Source: Patescibacteria group bacterium (GTDB lineage: Bacteria; Patescibacteriota; Microgenomatia; UM-FILTER-40-11). From it: a DNA stretch of 64,000 nucleotides. Both the position numbers and the translations under genes were made by a program. The stretch spans positions 167,006 to 231,005 of the forward strand of contig DATKVM010000005.1 in NCBI GenBank assembly GCA_035530075.1. The letters are read 5' to 3'. The notes below the pieces were generated by a model that worked only from the letters and a program-made list of their open reading frames with translations, made no database searches and was not told the origin of the DNA. The number at the start of each line of letters is the position of its first letter. Position 1 is the stretch's first letter. This document shows positions 56,400 to 64,000 of this stretch, piece by piece.

Positions 56400-56740
56400 T
56401 ACAGTTTAGGGTTTAGGATGTCAATTCCCGTGATAAATCCAATAATTTGGATAATCCAGTAACTGGCAAAAATAATTAAAAAGCCGATTACTGCGGCTGT
56501 GGCCGCTTTTTGTCCTTGGCCCGCTTTTTTTGGATCACCTCCGCCTGCTCCCAGAATAATTGATATGCCACCGAAAAGCAATAAAACCAGCAAGAATAAA
56601 CCGGCCACCATATAGACGTTGCGGAGAATAATGGAAATTAAAGCTCCGGGAGACTGAAACTGGGGAGCATCTTTAATTGCTTCGCCAGGCTTAAGAAACC
56701 ATTCTTTGCCAATGTTAACTTCCGCCAAAAGATTTTTCAT
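56399..56740 (-). CDS. VirB2/TrbC-like pilin paralog 6 (shortest, possibly the major subunit)
   Basis: 113 aa with GAGGGDPKKAG between two hydrophobic helices. It is the first gene of the tandem array. Confidence 0.6.
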   Translation of the reverse strand: MKNLLAEVNIGKEWFLKPGEAIKDAPQFQSPGALISIILRNVYMVAGLFLLVLLLFGGISIILGAGGGDPKKAGQGQKAATAAVIGFLIIFASYWIIQIIGFITGIDILNPKL

Positions 56741-56814
56741 AATTAGATTTAGCTATTTTTCATTTAACAACATCTGTCGGCAGGTTTGCAAGTAAATGCT
56801 ACAATTAGCTCAAG

Positions 56815-57879
56815 ATGCCGCAAGATTTCCAACAAGTTTTAGCTGAAAAAAGAGAAATTGTTTGGCAGGAAATCCAAAAATACTTAAAAACCCCTCGGTT
56901 TCCAGGAAAAATAGCTATTCCCCCCAAATATCAAAAGGAAATGGATTTTCATTGGCAGATAGTGCGAACTTATCCAGAAAGATTAGGAAAGTACTTGCGG
57001 CCAACACTGGTCTTGTTAACCGCGGAAGCGATGGGGGTGCCAGAGGAGAAAGCCATCAGAACTGCGGCGGCAATGCAAACTTCAGAGGATTGGATTTTGA
57101 TTCATGATGATTTTGAGGATGGTTCACTAGCCAGGCGGGGAGATGCGACGCTTCATCGACTTTATGGAGAAGAACTGGCGGTTAATGCTGGTGATGGCTT
57201 GCATATAGTAATGTGGAAGATGCTTTGGGATAACCGGAGGGTTCTAGGAGAGAAAAAAGCAGAGGAAGTGACGGAGGAATTTTATCAAATGTTAACGCGA
57301 ACGATCTTTGGCCAGGCAGTAGAGATTAAATGGACAAAAGACAATCGGCAAGACTTGACAGATGAGGACATTTTCTTAATCTTGGATGGTAAAACTTCTT
57401 ATTACACCATTGCCGGACCAATGCGCTTGGGGGCAATTCTTGGGGGAGCCACCGCAAAACAGTTAGAAGCGCTTTGGGAATTTGGTCAACTTCTTGGCCG
57501 CTGTTTTCAAATTACAGACGACCTTCTGGACTTAACCTCCGACTTTCGCGGTCTTAAAAAGCAGATAGGTAATGATATTTATGAAGGGAAGAGGACAATT
57601 ATGCTCATGCATTTATTCCGAAAAGCTAAAGGAAAAGATAAAGAGAAGCTAAGCCGGATTATGCGGAAGGGCCGTGAGGAAAAGACAGAGACAGAGACAG
57701 AGTGGATAATAAACCAAATGAAAGAGTGTGGCAGTTTAGATTATGGCCGAAGGATTGCCCAGGATTTAGCGACTAAAGCCTTAGAGGCCTTTGAGACAAA
57801 ACTTGATTTTTTGAGAAAACAACCCGCTCGAGATCAATTGAAAGCAGGAATAGATTTTATCCTCAAAAGAGATTTTTAG
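56815..57879 (+). CDS. polyprenyl diphosphate synthase (trans-IPPS, GGPP/FPP synthase-like)
   Basis: First DDxxD (IHDDFEDG) and second DDxxD (ITDDLLD) motifs with correct spacing. Confidence 0.85.
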   Translation: MPQDFQQVLAEKREIVWQEIQKYLKTPRFPGKIAIPPKYQKEMDFHWQIVRTYPERLGKYLRPTLVLLTAEAMGVPEEKAIRTAAAMQTSEDWILIHDDFEDGSLARRGDATLHRLYGEELAVNAGDGLHIVMWKMLWDNRRVLGEKKAEEVTEEFYQMLTRTIFGQAVEIKWTKDNRQDLTDEDIFLILDGKTSYYTIAGPMRLGAILGGATAKQLEALWEFGQLLGRCFQITDDLLDLTSDFRGLKKQIGNDIYEGKRTIMLMHLFRKAKGKDKEKLSRIMRKGREEKTETETEWIINQMKECGSLDYGRRIAQDLATKALEAFETKLDFLRKQPARDQLKAGIDFILKRDF

Positions 57880-57884
57880 AAGAG

Positions 57885-58682
57885 ATGGCTCAACAGGATT
57901 TAGTTTTGATCAAACTTGGCGGAAGTTTAATAACAGACAAAACGAAACCACTTGCTGCCAGGGAAGAGGTAATTAGAAGGTTGGGTGAAGAGATTAAAAG
58001 TGGGATGGAAAAATTTTCTGGAAAGATAGTTATTGGTCATGGAAGTGGCTCTTTTGGTCATACAGTGGCGGCTAAATATCAAACACAAGATGGAATAATA
58101 AATAAAAGAAGCATCGAGGGTTTAACCTTAGTCGCGGACGCTGCAATCCGGATAAACAGAATTGTCGTTAAGAATTTTTTGAGAATTGGTTTGCCCGTTT
58201 TTTCTCTTTCCCCAGCAAGTTTTCTAACTGCTGAGGATCAAAAACCCCACAAAGTTTTTCTTGATCCGATTTTTGAGCTTCTTCACAGAGGGCTAATTCC
58301 AATAATTTATGGAGATGTAATTTTAGATGCTAAAAGTGGTTGTTGTATATTTTCGTCTGAAAAGACTCTAAACATTCTGGCCTCCAATCTGGTGAAAGAA
58401 TTTAAGATCTTAAAGGTTATTCACTGTGGAGATACTGACGGGGTTTATAACTCAGAAGGAAAGACAATTCCAATGATTACGGAAGGTTCATTTAGGACGT
58501 TTCAAAAGGCAATTGGAGGCTCTAGGGCCACTGATGTGACTGGGGGAATGTTTCATAAAGTGAAGGAATCACTAGAAGTCGCTCGCCTAGGAGTTTGCTC
58601 TCTCGTTATTAACGGTAAAAAACCAGGAAATCTTAAAAGTGCGATACTAGGGAAGAAAACAGAGGGGACTTTAATAAAGTAA
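57885..58682 (+). CDS. isopentenyl phosphate kinase (amino-acid-kinase family)
   Basis: N-terminal LIKLGGSLITDK and GHGSGSFGH motifs characteristic of IPK/AAK-fold kinases. 265 aa. Confidence 0.7.
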   Translation: MAQQDLVLIKLGGSLITDKTKPLAAREEVIRRLGEEIKSGMEKFSGKIVIGHGSGSFGHTVAAKYQTQDGIINKRSIEGLTLVADAAIRINRIVVKNFLRIGLPVFSLSPASFLTAEDQKPHKVFLDPIFELLHRGLIPIIYGDVILDAKSGCCIFSSEKTLNILASNLVKEFKILKVIHCGDTDGVYNSEGKTIPMITEGSFRTFQKAIGGSRATDVTGGMFHKVKESLEVARLGVCSLVINGKKPGNLKSAILGKKTEGTLIK

Positions 58683-58703
58683 TAACTAGATACCAACGAA
58701 CAT

Positions 58704-59237
58704 ATGGCCAAACAACAACTTATTTTAGTTGATGAAGATGATAAATTTTTGGGTCGGTATGCAATAAAGGCCGATTGTCACACAGGTGAAGGCTTGCATC
58801 ACCGAGCGTTTACTCTTTTAATTATTAATAACCAGAAAGAAGTCCTGCTCCAGGATAGGAAGCACCAACTTTGGGATCATTTTTGGGACTTAACTAACAG
58901 TCACCCCCTTCATTTAGAGAATGGTTCAGACGAAACCACCCCACAGGCGGCCAGCCGTTGTCTTAGAAGAGAATGGGGGATAGATTTTCCAGTTAAAAAA
59001 CTCTTTACTTTTAATTATTTCAGTCAATACGAAGGGAATTTCTGCGAAAACGAATGTTGCTATTTTTTAGTGGGGAAATATCAGGGAGAAGTTCACCCTA
59101 ATCCGGAAGTGGCTTATGGATACAAGTGGATGCCCCTCGACCAACTTTTAGAAGACATAAATATCCATCCGGAAATTTATACCCCTTGGTTGATGAGAGC
59201 TTTAAAGGAGGTCAAGAAGAGAAATCTGAATGTTTAA
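58704..59237 (+). CDS. idi: isopentenyl-diphosphate delta-isomerase type 1 (Nudix-fold IDI)
   Basis: IDI-1 active-site pattern TNSHP (Cys/His region) and the CENEC Glu/Cys motif. 177 aa. Confidence 0.7.
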   Translation: MAKQQLILVDEDDKFLGRYAIKADCHTGEGLHHRAFTLLIINNQKEVLLQDRKHQLWDHFWDLTNSHPLHLENGSDETTPQAASRCLRREWGIDFPVKKLFTFNYFSQYEGNFCENECCYFLVGKYQGEVHPNPEVAYGYKWMPLDQLLEDINIHPEIYTPWLMRALKEVKKRNLNV

Positions 59238-59745
59238 GGATAAATTTCTGTCTGAAATCTCTTCGCCATTCGAGGCCCGACTAAAAGCTTTTATCCGACA
59301 AAAAGTGGACAACGAAAACGATGCTGAAGATATTTTCCAGGAAACCTTAGTTGCTGCCTCTCAAAGCTTGCCTACTTTTAAAGGCAAGTCTTCTTTTTTT
59401 ACTTGGCTTTGCGGCATTGCCAATCATGAAATTGCTGACTTTTATCGAAAAAAGAAAATTAAGACTTTTTTGTTCTCACGCTTTCCTTTTTTAGAAACTT
59501 TAGTTTCTGAGGCTTTAGGGCCGGAAGAAGAATTATTAAAGCAGGAGCTGAGAAAGGAGGTGAAACAAGTTTTAAGCCGCATAAGCGAAGGATATTCTTT
59601 GGTTTTGCGACTAAAGTATTACCAAGGCTTAAGTATGGCAGAAATTGCCGAGAAATTGGGAATGACAGTTAAAGCCGTGGAATCCAAGCTGTCGCGGGCG
59701 AGAGAGGCTTTCCGCGTTCAATGGAACGCTCAATATAAAAAATGA
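59230..59745 (+). CDS. ECF-type RNA polymerase sigma factor
   Basis: Sigma region 2 (DAEDIFQETLVAA ... FFTWLCGIANHEIADFYRKK) and region 4 HTH (LSMAEIAEKLGMTVKAVESKLSRAREAF). Confidence 0.85.
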   Translation: MFKDKFLSEISSPFEARLKAFIRQKVDNENDAEDIFQETLVAASQSLPTFKGKSSFFTWLCGIANHEIADFYRKKKIKTFLFSRFPFLETLVSEALGPEEELLKQELRKEVKQVLSRISEGYSLVLRLKYYQGLSMAEIAEKLGMTVKAVESKLSRAREAFRVQWNAQYKK

Positions 59746-60113
59746 AAATGAAAATAGAAAAAATACATATAAAAATTAAAAAAGTTATGAGATTTGGGGT
59801 TTTGGTGGGAATAAAAGAGAGTTACTTACTGGTAAAGAATGCCTATGGGTTATATAGCCATCCGTTCTTGACGACTAAAAGAATTATGGAGGAAAAAGAT
59901 TTATCCCAAGGCCTTTTGCTTTTCGGCTTACCAATTTATCTTTGGTTGGCTTGGGTTTTGATTTTATTAGTCTCCCGAATCTTCATTTTTAAAGAGCTTC
60001 GTTTTGGCTTTCTAGCCAAAACCTCATTTTTACTTTCCTCTTTCTCGCTCTCCATCCTTTCTCTCTTTTTGGGCTATTGGCTATTTATGGTTTGTCGAAA
60101 GAAGGCGAAGTGA
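59742..60113 (+). CDS. putative membrane anti-sigma factor (co-transcribed with ECF sigma)
   Basis: 123 aa with a 4-nt overlap with the sigma gene and 2 to 3 hydrophobic helices. There is no conserved motif, so the call rests on position only. Confidence 0.3.
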   Translation: MKMKIEKIHIKIKKVMRFGVLVGIKESYLLVKNAYGLYSHPFLTTKRIMEEKDLSQGLLLFGLPIYLWLAWVLILLVSRIFIFKELRFGFLAKTSFLLSSFSLSILSLFLGYWLFMVCRKKAK

Positions 60114-60415
60114 GTTCAGAAAGAGGACATGGACTATCTTGGGGGTGGCGCGAAATGCGGCAGTTTGGAGTTAGTAAGGGGGTTTGTGGCGAGGAGCAGC
60201 GGGTGGTTTTCCAGAACCCGGGAGAGAGGATTCTTGGTCTTTTGCGCGGGAAATTATATATGTGGCATCAACCGATATTCGATGAGGAGGGAAAGCTGAT
60301 TGGCCATCATCTCGGGTGGTCTCTATTATCAGAAGAATACGATCAGCAGTTTCGAGAAGCCAGAAGAGACAAACTTGTTCCCCGTGAGGCTTAGTGTTAG
60401 AATTCGTTCACACAA

Positions 60416-61120
60416 ATGGTTAAATTAGACAAAAAAAATATCCCCCAACACGTTGCCATTATTATGGACGGCAACCGGCGGTGGGCAAAAGCGCGGGGGC
60501 TCTCTGTTAATGAAGGCCATGAGGAGGGAGCTAAAAACTTGGACCGGGTTGTTAGACGAGCAGAGGAGCTAGGGATTAGGTATCTAACCTTTTATACCCT
60601 CTCAACTGAAAATTGGCGCAAACGGACCAAACAAGAGGTCAAAGGAATTTTTGATTTGCTCTTAAGGATGGTTAAGGAGAAAAAAGAGCAGTATGAAAAA
60701 GAAGGGGTCAAGCTTTTTGTTTTGGGTAACTTCCAAGCTTTTCCCCGCAAAGTTGCCCGAGCAATTGCCGAAATGCTCAAAATTGTCCTCAAGCACGAAA
60801 GAATTAAAGTCAATCTCGCCTTAAATTATGGTGGTCGGGACGAGATTATTAAAGCGATTCAAGAAATTATTAAAGAGGGAGTTCCTCCCGAAAAAGTCAA
60901 TGAGGAGCTGGTAGCCAAACACCTCTATACTAATGGCCAACCGGATCCAGACTTAATTATCCGCACTGGGGGTGAAGTTCGGCTCTCTAACTTCCTTCTT
61001 TGGCAAATGTCCTACTCCGAGCTTTATTTTACTGATATTTTATGGCCGGACTTTGGACCTCGCGAGCTTGAGCGAGCGATATTTGAATATCAAAGAAGGC
61101 AAAGGCGATTTGGGAAGTAG
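60416..61120 (+). CDS. uppS: undecaprenyl diphosphate synthase (cis-prenyltransferase)
   Basis: HVAIIMDGNRRWA, RTGGEVRLSNFLLWQ and the canonical UppS length (234 aa). Confidence 0.95.
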   Translation: MVKLDKKNIPQHVAIIMDGNRRWAKARGLSVNEGHEEGAKNLDRVVRRAEELGIRYLTFYTLSTENWRKRTKQEVKGIFDLLLRMVKEKKEQYEKEGVKLFVLGNFQAFPRKVARAIAEMLKIVLKHERIKVNLALNYGGRDEIIKAIQEIIKEGVPPEKVNEELVAKHLYTNGQPDPDLIIRTGGEVRLSNFLLWQMSYSELYFTDILWPDFGPRELERAIFEYQRRQRRFGK

Positions 61121-61233
61121 TCCTTGAATGTCCAATTCCTGATGACCAATGTCCATTCAAGCCTAAATTTTCAAATTTTAGCGACCCTCTTTAGAGGTTT
61201 GCGTTTTTTTGACAATTGAGCTAAAAATTAAAT

Positions 61234-61566
61234 TTAATTCTTTTGCTTCTGCCAAAGACTGCGTGCTTTGATTTTTAGTTCTGGAACTGCCATTGCAATT
61301 ATTCTTAGCCAATACTTTGTCTCCTTGGCCTCTTTTTTGCACAGGCTAATTTTATGTTTGAAGTCCATTTTCGATTCGGCGTTATCAGCCTCACAATAGT
61401 TGGCTCCTATGCTAGTGGCCGCTCGGACTAATTGGCTAATAAGGGAGATGGTTATTGGGGATTGAGGAACTTTCTTAGAAAATTCAATTATTGCTTCACC
61501 AAAGTTCGCTGTTCTTTCTTCTAAGTCATAATTTTTGTTTTGACCAATTGGGTTTTGATTGGTCAT
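61234..61566 (-). CDS. four-helix-bundle protein (23S rRNA IVS-encoded protein family)
   Basis: 110 aa. Core SIGANYCEA ... KHKISLCKKEAKETKYWL is typical of the four-helix-bundle family. Confidence 0.7.
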   Translation of the reverse strand: MTNQNPIGQNKNYDLEERTANFGEAIIEFSKKVPQSPITISLISQLVRAATSIGANYCEADNAESKMDFKHKISLCKKEAKETKYWLRIIAMAVPELKIKARSLWQKQKN

Positions 61567-61590
61567 TAGGGTTTAGAACTTGGTCATTTT

Positions 61591-62277
61591 CTAAAATATC
61601 TGTATTCCTAAGATAACTTCCAGTATTTGGACTAACCAGTAGGAAATAAAAAGCAATAAAAATCCTGCTAAGGCACTGGTGATTTTTCCTTTAGCCGAGG
61701 CTAATCCTTTTTCATCGTTAGCAGCAATCATCATTTGAAAGCCGCCGGCAATTAAATAGAACAAAAGGAGTAAGCCGGCAATAACAAAAAGATAAGGCAA
61801 AAGGCCAAAAATGATTGCTCCTACATCAGAAGAGAGGCCCGGCAGGAATTGCTCTTTGAGTCCGGTTTCTTTCCCAAATTGTTTACCAAGCTGACCAAAA
61901 TCAATTCCCGAGTTACCACTTTCTTCTGAGAAAGTAGCCGTGCTTTTAGTAGGAACAGGTGTGGAAGTGGAAATAGAAGTTGGCGATGTTCCCCCTCGGC
62001 AATAACCGTTCATGCAGGTCTGGCCACTAACACAAGAGGGGTTTGGGTTGGGACAACAAGGATAGGGATATTGGCCACAAAGCGATCCTTGTTTACAGTA
62101 TCCATTCTGGCAATACCATTCAGGAAAACCGCAACAGGGGAGACTCACATCACAAGAGTTAGTGTTTTCGTAACAACTTACGGCTTTAACATGAGGAACG
62201 TGGAGAACGAATGGGAATGTTAAAATAAAGGAGGCTATAGTCACAAGCGGTAAGGATTTAGATTTTATTTTGATCAT
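61591..62277 (-). CDS. VirB2/TrbC-like pilin paralog 7 fused to Cys-rich N-terminal domain
   Basis: A signal peptide and about 70 aa with 16 Cys (CYENTNSCDVSLPCCGFPEWYCQNGYCKQG...) precede a Ser/Thr linker. The C-terminal two-helix module has AANDEKG. Confidence 0.55.
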   Translation of the reverse strand: MIKIKSKSLPLVTIASFILTFPFVLHVPHVKAVSCYENTNSCDVSLPCCGFPEWYCQNGYCKQGSLCGQYPYPCCPNPNPSCVSGQTCMNGYCRGGTSPTSISTSTPVPTKSTATFSEESGNSGIDFGQLGKQFGKETGLKEQFLPGLSSDVGAIIFGLLPYLFVIAGLLLLFYLIAGGFQMMIAANDEKGLASAKGKITSALAGFLLLFISYWLVQILEVILGIQIF

Positions 62278-62279
62278 TA

Positions 62280-63464
62280 CTATTTTCTAAACCCAGGAAT
62301 TTGTAAAATATCCACTCCGATTAATTTTAGCAGAAATAGGGAGAGAATAATCAGCAAAAGTCCGCTAATAGCGCTGGTAATCAGCTCGCCTCCGGCTTTG
62401 ACTTTCTCAGGGTTGCCGCCGGAGACAGTGATTTGAATGGCGCCTAAGGCCATTAAAAGGAAAGCAATCCCCGAAGCGATAAAAGTAACTTTTCCTAAAA
62501 GCCAACCGACAAATCTGTCAACACTGTCGACCGGGATACACCCAATAGCTGTTGTTACTCCCGTTCCCCCATCACAGGTGACGTCTATTATGGGAATATT
62601 TTGTATATACAGGCCTGTTCCCAGCGTGCAGTTAATTTTGTCTACAGTTATCTTTGATTGAAAGAACCCATAATTCTTGCAGCATGTTTTTGTCAGATCA
62701 GTACCCAAAGGACAATCAAAGAAACTACTCGTAAAACCTTCAGGGCAACAATATGGACCTGTAATAGTACTTCCGCAAGGAATTTTAGAGATGGTTTCTT
62801 TTAGTTGAAAAAGTCCATAATTTTTGCAGCAAAATCTAGAGGTATCTGTGCCCGTAGGACAGTCCAAACTGCGATCGCTATAGCCATCAGGACAACAAAA
62901 GGACGGCTGCCGTGAGGCCTCGCTTCCACAAGGAACTCTATCAGCGGTTTCTTTATAGCCAAAAGACCCGCTATTTCTGCAGCATTTTTTGGTTATATCT
63001 GTGCCTGAGGGACAATCCCAACAATTTTCAGAAAAACCGGCGGGACAGCAAAGGGGTTCGTTATCAATTGTGCCACAAGGAATTCTGTCTTTAGTTTCTT
63101 TCTCGCAAAAAAATCCATGATTCTTACAGCATTGTTTTGATAAGTCTGTAAAGGACGGGCAATCCATGGCATTTTCGGTAAAACTTGGAGGGCAACAAAG
63201 TAGTTCGGTTGTCTGCCCTCTAATAGATGAAGGTAGCCTTAAAGACAAAAGCAAGAAAAACAAACAGAGCAACGATAGTCTTTTGATCATGAAAGCCGTC
63301 TCCTTCTTAAAATCATAACATAACTGTTTGCAAATGGTAAAATTAAAAGTAATGCTCAAACTTAAGCTTCGTTGGTTGAAATTCACGGTTTTAATCTTTA
63401 CTTTCCTTTTTTTGGGTTTTTCCAGCTTCGGAACAATTAGTGTTCGGGCTGAGTGCCCGGCCAC
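62280..63464 (-). CDS. VirB2/TrbC-like pilin paralog 8 fused to four Cys-rich repeats
   Basis: Four roughly 45-aa repeats (CCPxGF(T/S)xxxxDCPxGTDx(T/S)KxCCKNxGxFxxKETxDxIPCG) precede a C-terminal VSGGNPEKVKAG two-helix pilin module. 1-nt spacing to paralog 7. Confidence 0.55.
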   Translation of the reverse strand: MAGHSARTLIVPKLEKPKKRKVKIKTVNFNQRSLSLSITFNFTICKQLCYDFKKETAFMIKRLSLLCLFFLLLSLRLPSSIRGQTTELLCCPPSFTENAMDCPSFTDLSKQCCKNHGFFCEKETKDRIPCGTIDNEPLCCPAGFSENCWDCPSGTDITKKCCRNSGSFGYKETADRVPCGSEASRQPSFCCPDGYSDRSLDCPTGTDTSRFCCKNYGLFQLKETISKIPCGSTITGPYCCPEGFTSSFFDCPLGTDLTKTCCKNYGFFQSKITVDKINCTLGTGLYIQNIPIIDVTCDGGTGVTTAIGCIPVDSVDRFVGWLLGKVTFIASGIAFLLMALGAIQITVSGGNPEKVKAGGELITSAISGLLLIILSLFLLKLIGVDILQIPGFRK

Positions 63465-64000
63465 TGATTATCAGTGCCAGATTGATGAATTGCAAAGAGA
63501 ATACGAGGCTCGGAAAGATGCTCACGAAAAAAATAAAGCAGAATTGGCTAACTACCGTAAACAACTGGCCTCCATTCAAAAAAGATTGGCCGACCTTGAT
63601 AGCCAACTGAAGAAAACTGAAGCGGAAATTCTGACTCGGGAAATAGATTTGGGGGTTCAGGAGGAGTTACTTTCGGCCCGGATCCGGGAGATGTACAAAA
63701 GAAATCGGGAATTTACCTTACTGACCCTTCTTCTTTCTTCTAAATCCTTGACCGATTTTTCTCAGGGCCTGGCTCTCCGGGGAATAACCGCCAAACAGGA
63801 TTGGCAAATAATCACGGCGACTTCGGAGAGAATTCTGTCTCTCAAAAATGACAAGGAAACATTAAAAAAGAATCAGGCTTCAGCCGCGGCTCTGAAAAGC
63901 CAAGTAGATAAACAAGTTGATTTCCTGGCTGGCGAAGTCGAGAAGACCGAAAGTTTTTTTGCTCGAATTAAGGCCCGGCAAGCGGAGCTTTCGGCTCTCA
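63352..64000 (+). CDS. partial CDS: secreted coiled-coil protein (N-terminus; EnvC/M23-activator-like?), continues beyond window
   Basis: ATG at 63352. A signal peptide (MLKLKLRWLKFTVLIFTFLFLGFSSFG) is followed by a long heptad-like coiled coil. No stop occurs before the window end. Confidence 0.4.
   Translation, partial: MLKLKLRWLKFTVLIFTFLFLGFSSFGTISVRAECPATDYQCQIDELQREYEARKDAHEKNKAELANYRKQLASIQKRLADLDSQLKKTEAEILTREIDLGVQEELLSARIREMYKRNREFTLLTLLLSSKSLTDFSQGLALRGITAKQDWQIITATSERILSLKNDKETLKKNQASAAALKSQVDKQVDFLAGEVEKTESFFARIKARQAELSAL

Noticed and set aside
41969-56740. Integrative conjugative element or prophage interpretation of the T4SS-like locus
   Set aside because: No integrase, relaxase, VirD4-type coupling protein, replication gene, capsid or terminase gene, or flanking att-like direct repeats were seen in the window. 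The locus is embedded between dnaN and core isoprenoid genes.

Overview
This 64-kb window is bacterial chromosome, probably from a small-genome, membrane-protein-rich lineage. Moderate-to-low GC, many small membrane-anchored ORFs, IPK/IDI-type isoprenoid genes, minimal YidC, and pilin-like arrays suggest Candidate Phyla Radiation/Patescibacteria, but that is inference only.

Content in order:
- 0-5.4 kb: a cell-envelope glycan block with two GT-C (ArnT/PMT-like) glycosyltransferases, a WecA/MraY-family transferase, a UbiA-family (DPPR-synthase-like) prenyltransferase and a PEGA/SH3b lipoprotein.
- 5.4-6.5 kb: a DedA gene, then a manually folded tRNA-Cys(GCA) embedded in unusual tRNA-derived partial repeats.
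- 6.5-12 kb: an accessory-looking run of small genes (cupins, a transglutaminase-like protease, NUDIX, membrane proteins) punctuated by an 18-bp motif repeated four to five times.
- 12-41 kb: housekeeping genes, including ppdK, a GH1 glycosidase, M23 peptidase, groES-groEL, a sugar-binding protein, VanW, valS, rplY, RNase H, Wzx flippase, an O-antigen-ligase-like gene, jag-yidC-yidD-rnpA-rpmH and dnaA-dnaN with origin DnaA boxes.
- 42-57 kb and 61.6-63.5 kb: a T4SS-like locus with a VirB4-family ATPase, a CHAP-domain cell-wall hydrolase, a VirB6-like polytopic protein, a secreted GH-like enzyme and eight VirB2/TrbC-like pilin paralogs, three of which carry Cys-rich N-terminal modules. No relaxase or coupling ATPase is visible.
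- 56.8-61.6 kb: an isoprenoid cluster (polyprenyl synthase, isopentenyl phosphate kinase, IDI, UppS) and an ECF sigma factor.

No rRNA, CRISPR array, integrase or transposase was seen.
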